Origin: Eledone cirrhosa
Lineage: Eukaryota
Length of the DNA: 64,000 bases
Direction of reading: 5' to 3'
NCBI GenBank assembly: GCA_964016885.1
Contig: OZ024741.1
Location: forward strand, 1-64,000
A program made the translations under genes and the position numbers. The notes under the pieces are model-generated. The model did no database searches. It was not told the DNA's origin and worked only from the letters and a program-made list of their open reading frames with translations. This document shows, in pieces, positions 11,845-29,800 of this stretch; the stretch's first letter is position 1, and every line of letters starts with the position of its first letter.

Positions 11845-14800
11845 CACCAACAACAACAATAACACCAACACCAACAATAACACCAACAACAACAATAACA
11901 TCAACAACAACAATAACATCAACAACAACAATAACATCAACAACAACAATAACATCAACAACAACACCAACACCAACAATATCCCCAACAACAACAATAA
12001 CACCAACACCAACAATAACACCAACAACAACAATAACACCAACAACAACAATAACACCAACAATAACACCAACAACAACAATAACATCAACAACAACACC
12101 AACACCAACAATAACACCAACAACAACAATAACACCAACACCAACAATAACACCAACAACAACAATAACACCAACAACAACAATAACACCAACAATAACA
12201 CCAACAACAACAATAACACCAACAACCACAATAACACCAACAACAACAATAACACCAGCAACAACAATAACACCAACAACAACAATAACACCAACAACAA
12301 CAATAACACCAACAACCACAATAACACCAACAACAACAATAACACCAACAACAACAATAACACCAACAACAACAATAACACCAAGAACAACAATAACAAC
12401 AACAACAACAATAACACCAACAACCACAATAACACCAACAACAACAATAACACCAACAACAACAATAACACCAACAATAACACCAACAACAACAATAACA
12501 CCAACAACAACAATAACACCAACAATAACACCAACACCAACAATAACACCAACAATAACAATAACACCAACACCAACAATAACACCAACAACAACAATAA
12601 TATCAACAACAACAATAACACCAACAACAACAATAACACCAACAATAACACCAACAACAACAATAACACCAACAACAACAATAACACCAACAATAACACC
12701 AACAACAACAATAACACCAACAACAACAATAACACCAACAATAACACCAACACCAACAATAACACCAACAATAACAATAACACCAACACCAACAATAACA
12801 CCAACAACAACAATAACATCAACAACAACAATAACACCAACACCAACAATAACACCAACAACAACAATAACATCAACAACAACAATAACACCAGCACCAA
12901 CAATAACACCAACAATAACACCAACAACAACAATAACATCAACAACAACAATAACACCAACAACAACAATAACACCAACAATAACACCAACAACAACAAT
13001 AACATCAACAACAACACCAACACCAACAATAACACCAACAACAACAATAACACCAACACCAACAATAACACCAACAACAACAATAACACCAACAACAACA
13101 ATAACACCAACAATAACACCAACAACAACAATAACACCAACAACCACAATAACACCAACAACAACAATAACACCAGCAACAACAATAACACCAACAACAA
13201 CAATAACACAAAAAACAACAATAACACCAACAACCACAATAACACCAACAACAACAATAACACCAACAACAACAATAACACCAACAACAACAATAACACC
13301 AACAACAACAATAACACCGAGAACAACAATAACAACAACAACAACAATAACACCAACAACCACAATAACACCAACAACAACAATAACACCAACAACAACA
13401 ATAACACCAACAATAACACCAACAACAACAATAACACCAACAACAACAATAACACCAACAATAACACCAACACCAACAATAACACCAACAATAACAATAA
13501 CACCAACACCAACAATAACACCAACAACAACAATAATATCCACAACAACAATAACACCAACAACAACAATAACACCAACAATAACACCAACAACAACAAT
13601 AACACCAACAACAACAATAACACCAACAATAACACCAACAACAACAATAACACCAACAACAACAATAACACCAACAATAACACCAACACCAACAATAACA
13701 CCAACAACAACAATAACACCAACAATAACACCAACACCAACAATAACACCAACAACAACAATAACACCAACAACAACAATAACACCAACAACAACAATAA
13801 CACCAACACCAACAATAACACCAACAACAACAATAACACCAACACCAACAATAACACCAACAACACCAATAACACCAACACCAACAATAACACCAACAAC
13901 AACAATAACACCAACAACAACACTAACACCAACAACAACAATAACATCAACAACAGCAATAACACCAACACCAACAATAACACCAACAACACCAATAACA
14001 CCAACACCAACAATAACACCAACAACAATAATAACACCAACAATAACACCAACAACAACAATAACACCAACAACAACAATAACACCAACAACAACAATAA
14101 CACCAACAACAACACCAACAACAACAATAACACCAACAATAACACCAACACCAACAATAACACCAACACCAACAATAACACCAACAACAACAATAACACC
14201 AACACCAACAATAACACCAACAACAACAATAACACCAACAACAACAATAACACCAACACCAACAATAACACCAACAACAACAATAACATCAACAACAACA
14301 ATAACACCAACACCAACAATAACACCAACAACAACAATAACATCAACAACAACAATAACACCAACACCAACAATAACACCAACAATAACACCAACAACAA
14401 CAATAACATCAACAACAACAATAACACCAACACCAACAATAACACCAACAACAACAATAACACCAACAACAACAATAACACCAACACCAACAATAACACC
14501 AACACCAACAATACAACCAATACCAACAATAACACCAACAACAACAATAACATCGACAACAACAATAACATCAACACCAACAATAACACCAACAACAACA
14601 ATAACATCAACACCAACAATAACACCAACAACAAAAATAACACCAACAACAACAATAACACCAACACCAACAATAACACCAACAACAACAATAACATCAA
14701 CAACAACAATAACACCAACACCAACAATAACACCAACAACAACAATAACATCAACAACAACAATAACACCAACACCAACAATAACACCAACAACAACAAT

Positions 14801-17800
14801 AACACCAACAACAACAATAACACCAACACCAACAATAACACCAACACCAACAATAACACCAACAACAACAATAACACCAACAACAACAATAACACCAACA
14901 CCAACAATAACACCAACACCAACAATAACACCAACAATAACACCAACAACAACAATAACATCAACAACAACAATATCATCAACACCAACAATAACACCAA
15001 CAACAACAATAACATCAACACCAACAATAACACCTACAACAACAATAACACCAACAACAACTATAACACCAACACCAACAATAACATCAACAACAACAAT
15101 AACACCAACACCAACAATAACACCAACAACAACAATAACATCAACACCAACAATAACACCAACAACAACAATAACACCAACAACAACAATAACATCAACA
15201 CCAACAATAACACCAACACCAACAATAACACCAACAACAACAATAACATCAACAACAACAATAACATCAACACCAACAATAACACCAACAACAACAATAA
15301 CATCAACACCAACAATAACACCAACACCAACAATAACACCAACAACAACAATAACATCAACACCAACAATAACACCAACAACAACAATAACATCAACAAC
15401 AACAATAACACCAACACCAACAATAACACCAACACCAACAATAACACCAACAACAAAAATAACACCAACAACAACAATAACATCAACACCACCAATAACA
15501 CCAACAACAGCAATAACATCAACACCAACAATAACACCAACAACAACAATAACACCAACAACAACAATAACACCAACACCAACAATAACATCAACAACAA
15601 CAATAACATCAACACCAACAATAACACCAACAACAACAATAACATCAACACCAACAATAACACCAACAACAACAATAACACCAACAACAACAATAACACC
15701 AACAATAACACCAACAACAACAATAACACCAACAACCACAATAACACCAACAACAACAATAACACCAGCAACAACAATAACACCAACAACAACAATAACA
15801 CAAACAACAACAATAACACCAACAACAACAATAACACCAACAACCACAATAACACCAACAACAACAATAACACCAACAACAACAATAACACCAACAACAA
15901 CAATAACACCAACAACAACAATAACACCAAGAACAACAATAACAACAACAACAACAATAACACCAACAACCACAATAACACCAACAACAACAATAACACC
16001 AACAACAACAATAACACCAACAATAACACCAACAACAACAATAACACCAACAACAACAATAACACCAACAATAACACCAACACCAACAATAACACCAATA
16101 ATAACAATAACACCAACACCAACAATAACACCAACAACAACAATAATATCAACAACAACAATAACACCAACAACAACAATAACACCAACAATAACACCAA
16201 CAACAACAATAACACCAACAACAACAATAACACCAACAATAACACCAACAACAACAATAACACCAACAACAACAATAACACCAACAATAACACCAACACC
16301 AACAATAACACCAACAACAACAATAACACCAACAATAACACCAACACCAACAATAACACCAACAACAACAATAACACCAACAACAACAATAACACCAACA
16401 ACAACAATAACACCAACACCAACAATAACACCAACAACAACAATAACACCAACACCAACAATAACACCAACAACACCAATAACACCAACACCAACAATAA
16501 CACCAACAACAACAATAACACCAACAACAACACTAACACCAACAACAACAATAACATCAACAACAGCAATAACACCAACACCAACAATAACACCAACAAC
16601 ACCAATAACACCAACACCAACAATAACACCAACAACAATAATAACACCAACAATAACACCAACAACAACAATAACACCAACAACAACAATAACACCAACA
16701 ACAACAATAACACCAACAACAACACCAACAACAACAATAACACCAACAATAACACCAACACCAACAATAACACCAACACCAACAATAACACCAACAACAA
16801 CAATAACACCAACACCAACAATAACACCAACAACAACAATAACACCAACAACAACAATAACACCAACACCAACAATAACACCAACAACAACAATAACATC
16901 AACAACAACAATAACACCAACACCAACAATAACACCAACAACAACAATAACATCAACAACAACAATAACACCAACACCAACAATAACACCAACAATAACA
17001 CCAACAACAACAATAACATCAACAACAACAATAACACCAACACCAACAATAACACCAACAACAACAATAACACCAACAACAACAATAACACCAACACCAA
17101 CAATAACACCAACACCAACAATACAACCAATACCAACAATAACACCAACAACAACAATAACATCGACAACAACAATAACATCAACACCAACAATAACACC
17201 AACAACAACAATAACATCAACACCAACAATAACACCAACAACAAAAATAACACCAACAACAACAATAACACCAACACCAACAATAACACCAACAACAACA
17301 ATAACATCAACAACAACAATAACACCAACACCAACAATAACACCAACAACAACAATAACATCAACAACAACAATAACACCAACACCAACAATAACACCAA
17401 CAACAACAATAACACCAACAACAACAATAACACCAACACCAACAATAACACCAACACCAACAATAACACCAACAACAACAATAACACCAACAACAACAAT
17501 AACACCAACACCAACAATAACACCAACACCAACAATAACACCAACAATAACACCAACAACAACAATAACATCAACAACAACAATATCATCAACACCAACA
17601 ATAACACCAACAACAACAATAACATCAACACCAACAATAACACCTACAACAACAATAACACCAACAACAACAATAACACCAACACCAACAATAACATCAA
17701 CAACAACAATAACACCAACACCAACAATAACACCAACAACAACAATAACATCAACACCAACAATAACACCAACAACAACAATAACACCAACAACAACAAT

Positions 17801-20800
17801 AACATCAACACCAACAATAACACCAACACCAACAATAACACCAACAACAACAATAACATCAACAACAACAATAACATCAACACCAACAATAACACCAACA
17901 ACAACAATAACATCAACACCAACAATAACACCAACACCAACAATAACACCAACAACAACAATAACATCAACACCAACAATAACACCAACAACAACAATAA
18001 CATCAACAACAACAATAACACCAACACCAACAATAACACCAACACCAACAATAACACCAACAACAAAAATAACACCAACAACAACAATAACATCAACACC
18101 ACCAATAACACCAACAACAACAATAACATCAACACCAACAATAACACCAACAACAACAATAACACCAACAACAACAATAACACCAACACCAACAATAACA
18201 TCAACAACAACAATAACATCAACACCAACAATAACACCAACAACAACAATAACATCAACACCAACAATAACACCAACAACAACAATAACATCAACACCAA
18301 CAATAACACCAACACCAACAATAACACCAACAACAACAATAACTTCAACACCACCAATAACACCAACAACAACAATAACACCAACACCAACAATAACACC
18401 AACAACAACAATAACATCAACACCACCAATAACACCAACAACAACAATAACATCAACACCAACAATAACACCAACAACAACAATAACATCAACACCAACA
18501 ATAACACCAACACCAACAATAACACCAACGCCAACAATAACACCAACAACAACAATAACACCAACACCAACAATAACACCAACAACAACAATAACATCAA
18601 CACCAACAATAACACCAACACCAACAATAACACCAACAACAACAATAACACCAACAACAACAATAACACCAACAACAACAATAACACCAACACCAACAAT
18701 AACACCAACAGCAACAATAACACCTACAATAACACCAACACCAACAATAACACCAACAACAACAATAACACCAACACCAACAATAACACCAACACCAACA
18801 ATAACACCAACAACAACAATAACGTCAACACCAACAATAACACCAACACCAACAATAACACCAACAACAACAATAACACCAACAACAACAATAACACCAA
18901 CACCAACAATAACACCAACAACAACAATAACACCAACAATAACACCAACACCAACAATAACACCAACAACAACAATAACACCAACACCAACAATAACACC
19001 AACACCAACAATAACACCAACAACAACAATAAAACCAACACCAACAATAACACCAACAACAACAATAACACCAACAACAACAATAACACCAACACCAACA
19101 ATAACACCAACAACAACAATAACACCAACAATAACACCAACACCAACAATAACACCAACAACAACAATAACATCAACACCAACAATAACACCAACACCAA
19201 CAATAACACCAACAACAACAATAACACCAACAACAACAATAACACCAACACCAACAATAACACCAACAACAACAATAACACCAACACCAACAATAACACC
19301 AACAACAACAATAACATCAACAACAACAATAACAACAACAATAACACCAACAACAACAATAACACCAACAACAACAATAACACCAACAACAACAATAACA
19401 ACAACACCAACAATAACACCAACACCTACAATAACACCAACAACAACAATAACATCAACAACAACAATAACATCAACAACAACAATAACATCAACAACAA
19501 CAATAACATCAACAACAACAATAACACCAACACCAACAATAACACCAACAACAACAATAACACCAACACCAACAATAACACCGACAACAACAATAACATC
19601 AACAACAACAATAACAACAACAATAACACCAACAACAACAATAACACCAACAACAACAATAACACCAACAACAACAATAACACCAACAACAACAATAACA
19701 CCAACAATAACACCAACACCAACAATAACACCAACAACAACAATAACACCAACACCAACAATAACACCAACACCAACAATAACACGAACAACAACAATAA
19801 AACCAACACCAACAATAACACCAACAACAACAATAACACCAACAACAACAATAACACCAACACCAACAATAACACCAACAACAACAATAACACCAACAAT
19901 AACACCAACACCAACAATAACACCAACAACAACAATAACATCAACACCAACAATAACACCAACACCAACAATAACACCAACAACAACAATAACACCAACA
20001 ACAACAATAACACCAACACCAACAATATCACCAACAACAACAATAACACCAACACCAACAATAACACCAACCACAACAATAACACCAACAACAACAATAA
20101 CACCAACAATAACACCAACAACAACAATAACATCAACAACAACACCAACACCAACAATAACACCAACAACAACAATAACACCAACACCAACAATAACACC
20201 AACAACAACAATAACACCAACAACAACAATAACACCAACAATAACACCAACAACAACAATAACACCAACAACCACAATAACACCAACAACAACAATAACA
20301 CCAGCAACAACAATAACACCAACAACAACAATAACACCAACAACAACAATAACACCAACAACCACAATAACACCAACAACAACAATAACACCAACAACAA
20401 CAATAACACCAACAACAACAATAACACCAACAACAACAATAACACCAAGAACAACAATAACAACAACAACAACAATAACACCAACAACCACAATAACACC
20501 AACAACAACAATAACACCAACAACAACAATAACACCAACAATAACACCAACAACAACAATAACACCAACAACAACAATAACACCAACAATAACACCAACA
20601 CCAACAATAACACCAACAATAACAATAACACCAACACCAACAATAACACCAACAACAACAATAATATCAACAACAACAATAACACCAACAACAACAATAA
20701 CACCAACAATAACACCAACAACAACAATAACACCAACAACAACAATAACACCAACAATAACACCAACAACAACAATAACACCAACAACAACAATAACACC

Positions 20801-23800
20801 AACAATAACACCAACACCAACAATAACACCAACAATAACAATAACACCAACACCAACAATAACACCAACAACAACAATAACATCAACAACAACAATAACA
20901 CCAACACCAACAATAACACCAACAATAACACCAACAATAACACCAACAATAACACCAACACCAACAATAACACCAACAACAACAATAACACCAACACCAA
21001 CAATAACACCAACACCAACAATAACACCAACAATAACACCAACAACAACAATAACATCAACAACAACAATAACACCAACACCAACAATAACACCAACAAC
21101 AACAATAACGTCAACAACAACAATAACACCAACACCAACAATAACACCAACAACAACAATAACATCAACAACAACAATAACACTAACAACAACAATAACA
21201 CCAACAACAACAATAACACCAACAACAACAATAACACCAACAACAACAATAACATCAACAACAACAATAACACCAACACCAACAATAACACCAACACCAA
21301 CAATAACACCAACAACAACAATAACACCAACAACAACAATAACACCAACAACAACAATAACATCAACAACAACAATATCATCAACAACAACAATAACACC
21401 AACAATAACACCAACAACAACAATAACACCAACACCAACAATAACACCAACACCAACAATAACACCAACAACAACAATAACACCAACACCAACAATAACA
21501 CCAACACCAACAATAACACCAACAACAACAATAACAACAACAACAACAATAACATCAACAACAACACCAACACCTCTAATAACATCAACAACAACAATAA
21601 CACCAACACCAACAATAACACCAACAACAACAATAACACCAATAACAACAATAACACCAACAACAACAATAACACCAACAACAACAATAACACCAACAAT
21701 AACACCAACAACAACAATAACATCAACACCAACAATAACACCAACACCAACAATAACACCAACACCAACAATAACACCAACAACAACAATAACACCAACA
21801 ACAATAATAACACCAACAATAACACCAACAACAACAATAACACCAACAACAACAATAACACCAACAACAACAATAACACCAACAATAACACCAACACCAA
21901 CAATAACACCAACAACAACAATAACACCAACAATGACACCAACACCAACAATAACACCAACACCAACAATAACACCAACAACAACAATAACACCAACAAC
22001 AACAATAACATCAACAACAACAATAACACCAGCACCAACAATAACACCAACAATAACACCAACAACAACAATAACATCAACAACAACAATAACACCAACA
22101 CCAACAATAACACCAACAACAACAATAACACCAACAACAACAATAACACCAACACCAACAATAACACCAACACCAACAATAACACCAACACCAACAATAA
22201 CACCAACAACAACAATAACATCAACAACAACAATAACATCAACACCAACAATAACACCAACAACAACAATAACATCAACACCAACAATAACACCAACAAC
22301 AACAATAACACCAACAACAACAATAACACCAACACCAACAATAACACCACCAACAACAATAACATCAACAACAACAATAACACCAACACCAACAATAACA
22401 CCAACAACAACAATAACATCAACAACAACAATAACACCAACACCAACAATAACACCAACAACAACAATAACACCAACAACAACAATAACACCAACACCAA
22501 CAATAACACCAACACCAACAATAACACCAACAACAACAATAACACCAACAACAACAATAACATTAACACCAACAATAACACCAACACCAACAATAACACC
22601 AACAACAACAATAACATCAACACCAACAATAACACCAACAACAACAATAACACCAACACCAACAATAACACCAACACCAACAATAACACCAACAATAACA
22701 CCAACAACAACAATAACATCAACAACAACAATAACATCAACACCAACAATAACACCAACAACAACAATAACATCAACACCAACAATAACACCAACAACAA
22801 CAATAACACCAACAACAACAATAACACCAACACCAACAATAACATCAACAACAACAATAACACCAACAACAACAATAACACCAACACCAACAATAACACC
22901 AACACCAACAATAACACCAACAATAACACCAACAACAACAATAACACCAACACCAACAATAACACCAACACCAACAATAACACCAACAACAACAATAACA
23001 CCAACACCAACAATAACACCAACAACAACAATAACATCAACAACAACAATAACAACAACGATAACACCAACAACAACAATAACACCAACAACAACAATAA
23101 CACCAACAACAACAATAACACCAACACCAACAATAACACCAACAACAACAATAACACCAACAACAACAATAACACCAACACCAACAATAACACCAACAAC
23201 AACAATAACACCAACAACAACAATAACACCAACACCAACAATAACACCAACAACAACAATAACATCAACAACAACAATAACATCAACAACAACAATAACA
23301 TCAACAACAACAATAACATCAACAACAACACCAACACCAACAATATCACCAACAACAACAATAACACCAACACCAACAATAACACCAACAACAACAATAA
23401 CACCAACAATAACACCAACAACAACAATAACATCAACAACAACACCAACACCAACAATAACACCAACAACAACAATAACACCAACACCAACAATAACACC
23501 AACAACAACAATAACACCAACAACAACAATAACACCAACAATAACACCAACAACAACAATAACACCAACAACCACAATAACACCAACAACAACAATAACA
23601 CCAGCAACAACAATAACACCAACAACAACAATAACACCAACAACAACAATAACACCAACAACCACAATAACACCAACAACAACAATAACACCAACAACAA
23701 CAATAACACCAACAACAACAATAACACCAACAACAACAATAACACCAAGAACAACAATAACAACAACAACAACAATAACACCAACAACCACAATAACACC

Positions 23801-26800
23801 AACAACAACAATAACACCAACAACAACAATAACACCAACAATAACACCAACAACAACAATAACACCAACAACAACAATAACACCAACAATAACACCAACA
23901 CCAACAATAACACCAACAATAACAATAACACCAACACCAACAATAACACCAACAACAACAATAATATCAACAACAACAATAACACCAACAACAACAATAA
24001 CACCAACAATAAAACCAACAACAACAATAACACCAACAACAACAATAACACCAACAATAACACCAACAACAACAATAACACCAACAACAACAATAACACC
24101 AACAATAACACCAACACCAACAATAACACCAACAATAACAATAACACCAACACCAACAATAACACCAACAACAACAATAACATCAACAACAACAATAACA
24201 CCAACACCAACAATAACACCAACAACAACAATAACATCAACAACAACAATAACACCAGCACCAACAATAACACCAACAATAACACCAACAACAACAATAA
24301 CATCAACAACAACAATAACACCAACAACAACAATAACACCAACAATAACACCAACAACAACAATAACATCAACAACAACACCAACACCAACAATAACACC
24401 AACAACAACAATAACACCAACACCAACAATAACACCAACAACAACAATAACACCAACAACAACAATAACACCAACAATAACACCAACAACAACAATAACA
24501 CCAACAACCACAATAACACCAACAACAACAATAACACCAGCAACAACAATAACACCAACAACAACAATAACACCAACAACAACAATAACACCAACAACAA
24601 CAATAACACCAACAACCACAATAACACCAACAACAACAATAACACCAACAACAACAATAACACCAACAACAACAATAACACCAACAACAACAATAACACC
24701 AAGAACAACAATAACAACAACAACAACAATAACACCAACAACCACAATAACACCAACAACAACAATAACACCAACAACAACAATAACACCAACAATAACA
24801 CCAACAACAACAATAACACCAACAACAACAATAACACCAACAATAACACCAACACCAACAACAACACCAACAATAACAATAACACCAACACCAACAATAA
24901 CACCAACAACAACAATAATATCAACAACAACAATAACACCAACAACAACAATAACACCAACAATAACACCAACAACAACAATAACACCAACAACAACAAT
25001 AACACCAACAATAACACCAACAACAACAATAACACCAACAACAACAATAACACCAACAATAACACCAACACCAACAATAACACCAACAATAACAATAACA
25101 CCAACACCAACAATAACACCAACAACAACAATAACATCAACAACAACAATAACACCAACACCAACAATAACACCAACAACAACAATAACATCAACAACAA
25201 CAATAACACCAGCACCAACAATAACACCAACAATAACACCAACAACAACAATAACATCAACAACAACAATAACACCAACACCAACAATAACACCAACAAC
25301 AACAATAACACCAACAACAACAATAACACCAACACCAACAATAACACCAACACCAACAATAACACCAACACCAACAATAACACCAACAACAACAATAACA
25401 TCAACAACAACAATAACATCAACACCAACAATAACACCAACAACAACAATAACATCAACACCAACAATAACACCAACAACAACAATAACACCAACAACAA
25501 CAATAACACCAACACCAACAATAACACCAACAACAACAATAACATCAACAACAACAATAACACCAACACCAACAATAACACCAACAACAACAATAACATC
25601 AACAACAACAATAACACCAACACCAACAATAACACCAACAACAACAATAACACCAACAACAACAATAACACCAACACCAACAATAACACCAACACCAACA
25701 ATAACACCAACAACAACAATAACACCAACAACAACAATAACATTAACACCAACAATAACACCAACACCAACAATAACACCAACAACAACAATAACATCAA
25801 CACCAACAATAACACCAACAACAACAATAACACCAACACCAACAATAACACCAACACCAACAATAACACCAACAATAACACCAACAACAACAATAACATC
25901 AACAACAACAATAACATCAACACCAACAATAACACCAACAACAACAATAACATCAACACCAACAATAACACCAACAACAACAATAACACCAACAACAACA
26001 ATAACACCAACACCAACAATAACATCAACAACAACAATAACACCAACAACAACAATAACACCAACACCAACAATAACACCAACACCAACAATAACACCAA
26101 CAATAACACCAACAACAACAATAACACCAACACCAACAATAACACCGACACCAACAATAACACCAACAACAACAATAACACCAACACCAACAATAACACC
26201 AACAACAACAATAACATCAACAACAACAATAACAACAACGATAACACCAACAACAACAAAAACACCAACAACAACAATAACACCAACAACAACAATAACA
26301 CCAACACCAACAATAACACCAACAACAACAATAACACCAACAACAACAATAACACCAACACCAACAATAACACCAACAACAACAATAACACCAACAACAA
26401 CAATAACACCAACACCAACAATAACACCAACAACAACAATAACATCAACAACAACAATAACATCAACAACAACAATAACATCAACAACAACAATAACATC
26501 AACAACAACACCAACACCAACAATATCACCAACAACAACAATAACACCAACACCAACAATAACACCAACAACAACAATAACACCAACAACAACAATAACA
26601 CCAACAATAACACCAACAACAACAATAACATCAACAACAACACCAACACCAACAATAACACCAACAACAACAATAACACCAACACCAACAATAACACCAA
26701 CAACAACAATAACACCAACAACAACAATAACACCAACAATAACACCAACAACAACAATAACACCAACAACCACAATAACACCAACAACAACAATAACACC

Positions 26801-29800
26801 AGCAACAACAATAACACCAACAACAACAATAACACCAACAACAACAATAACACCAACAACAACAATAACACCAACAACCACAATAACACCAACAACAACA
26901 ATAACACCAACAACAACAATAACACCAACAACAACAATAACACCAACAACAACAATAACACCAAGAACAACAATAACAACAACAACAACAATAACACCAA
27001 CAACCACAATAACACCAACAACAACAATAACACCAACAACAACAATAACACCAACAATAACACCAACAACAACAATAACACCAACAACAACAATAACACC
27101 AACAATAACACCAACACCAACAATAACACCAACAATAACAATAACACCAACACCAACAATAACACCAACAACAACAATAATATCAACAACAACAATAACA
27201 CCAACAACAACAATAACACCAACAATAACACCAACAACAACAATAACACCAACAACAACAATAACACCAACAATAACACCAACAACAACAATAACACCAA
27301 CAACAACAATAACACCAACAATAACACCAACACCAACAATAACACCAACAATAACAATAACACCAACACCAACAATAACACCAACAACAACAATAACATC
27401 AACAACAACAATAACACCAACACCAACAATAACACCAACAATAACACCAACAATAACACCAACAATAACACCAACAATAACACCAACACCAACAATAACA
27501 CCAACAACAACAATAACACCAACACCAACAATACCACCAACACCAACAATAACACCAACAATAACACCAACAACAACAATAACATCAACAACAACAATAA
27601 CACCAACACCAACAATAACACCAACAACAACAATAACGTCAACAACAACAATAACACCAACACCAACAATAACACCAACAACAACAATAACATCAACAAC
27701 AACAATAACACTAACAACAACAATAACACCAACAACAACAATAACACCAACAACAACAATAACACCAACAACAACAATAACATCAACAACAACAATAACA
27801 CCAACACCAACAATAACACCAACACCAACAATAACACCAACAACAACAGTAACACCAACAACAACAATAACACCAACAACAACAATAACATCAACAACAA
27901 CAATAACATCAACAACAACAATAACACCAACAATAACACCAACAACAACAATAACACCAACACCAACAATAACACCAACACCAACAATAACACCAACACC
28001 AACAATAACACCAACAACAACAATAACACAAACACCAACAATAACACCAACAACAACAATAACATCAACAACAACAATAACACCAACACCAACAATAACA
28101 CCAACAACAACAATAACATCAACAACAACAATAACACCAGCACCAACAATAACACCAACAATAACACCAACAACAACAATAACATCAACAACAACAATAA
28201 CACCAACACCAACAATAACACCAACAACAACAATAACACCAACAACAACAATAACACCAACACCAACAATAACACCAACACCAACAATAACACCAACACC
28301 AACAATAACACCAACAACAACAATAACATCAACAACAACAATAACATCAACACCAACAATAACACCAACAACAACAATAACATCAACACCAACAATAACA
28401 CCAACAACAACAATAACACCAACAACAACAATAACACCAACACCAACAATAACACCAACAACAACAATAACATCAACAACAACAATAACACCAACACCAA
28501 CAATAACACCAACAACAACAATAACATCAACAACAACAATAACACCAACACCAATAATAACACCAACAACAACAATAACACCAACAACAACAATAACACC
28601 AACACCAACAATAACACCAACACCAACAATAACACCAACAACAACAATAACACCAACAACAACAATAACATTAACACCAACAATAACACCAACACCAACA
28701 ATAACACCAACAACAACAATAACATCAACACCAACAATAACACCAACAACAACAATAACACCAACACCAACAATAACACCAACACCAACAATAACACCAA
28801 CAATAACACCAACAACAACAATAACATCAACAACAACAATAACATCAACACCAACAATAACACCAACAACAACAATAACATCAACACCAACAATAACACC
28901 AACAACAACAATAACACCAACAACAACAATAACACCAACACCAACAATAACATCAACAACAACAATAACACCAACAACAACAATAACACCAACACCAACA
29001 ATAACACCAACACCAACAATAACACCAACAATAACACCAACAACAACAATAACACCAACACCAACAATAACACCAACACCAACAATAACACCAACAACAA
29101 CAATAACACCAACAACAACAATAACACCAACACCAACAATAACACCAACAACAACAATAACACCAACAACAACAATAACACCAACACCAACAATAACACC
29201 AACAACAACAATAACATCAACAACAACAATAACATCAACAACAACAATAACATCAACAACAACAATAACATCAACAACAACACCAACACCAACAATATCA
29301 CCAACAACAACAATAACACCAACACCAACAATAACACCAACAACAACAATAACACCAACAACAACAATAACACCAACAATAACACCAACAACAACAATAA
29401 CATCAACAACAACACCAACACCAACAATAACACCAACAACAACAATAACACCAACACCAACAATAACACCAACAACAACAATAACACCAACAACAACAAT
29501 AACACCAACAATAACACCAACAACAACAATAACACCAACAACCACAATAACACCAACAACAACAATAACACCAGCAACAACAATAACACCAACAACAACA
29601 ATAACACCAACAACAACAATAACACCAACAACAACAATAACACCAACAACCACAATAACACCAACAACAACAATAACAACAACAACAACAATAACACCAA
29701 CAACAACAATAACACCAACAACAACAATAACACCAAGAACAACAATAACAACAACAACAACAATAACACCAACAACCACAATAACACCAACAACAACAAT

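Noticed and set aside
21933-21935. ATG codons at 3313, 21933, 58640 and 60038 as gene starts
   Set aside because: They are point variants inside repeat units, with no promoter, ribosome-binding site, signal peptide or change in sequence context.
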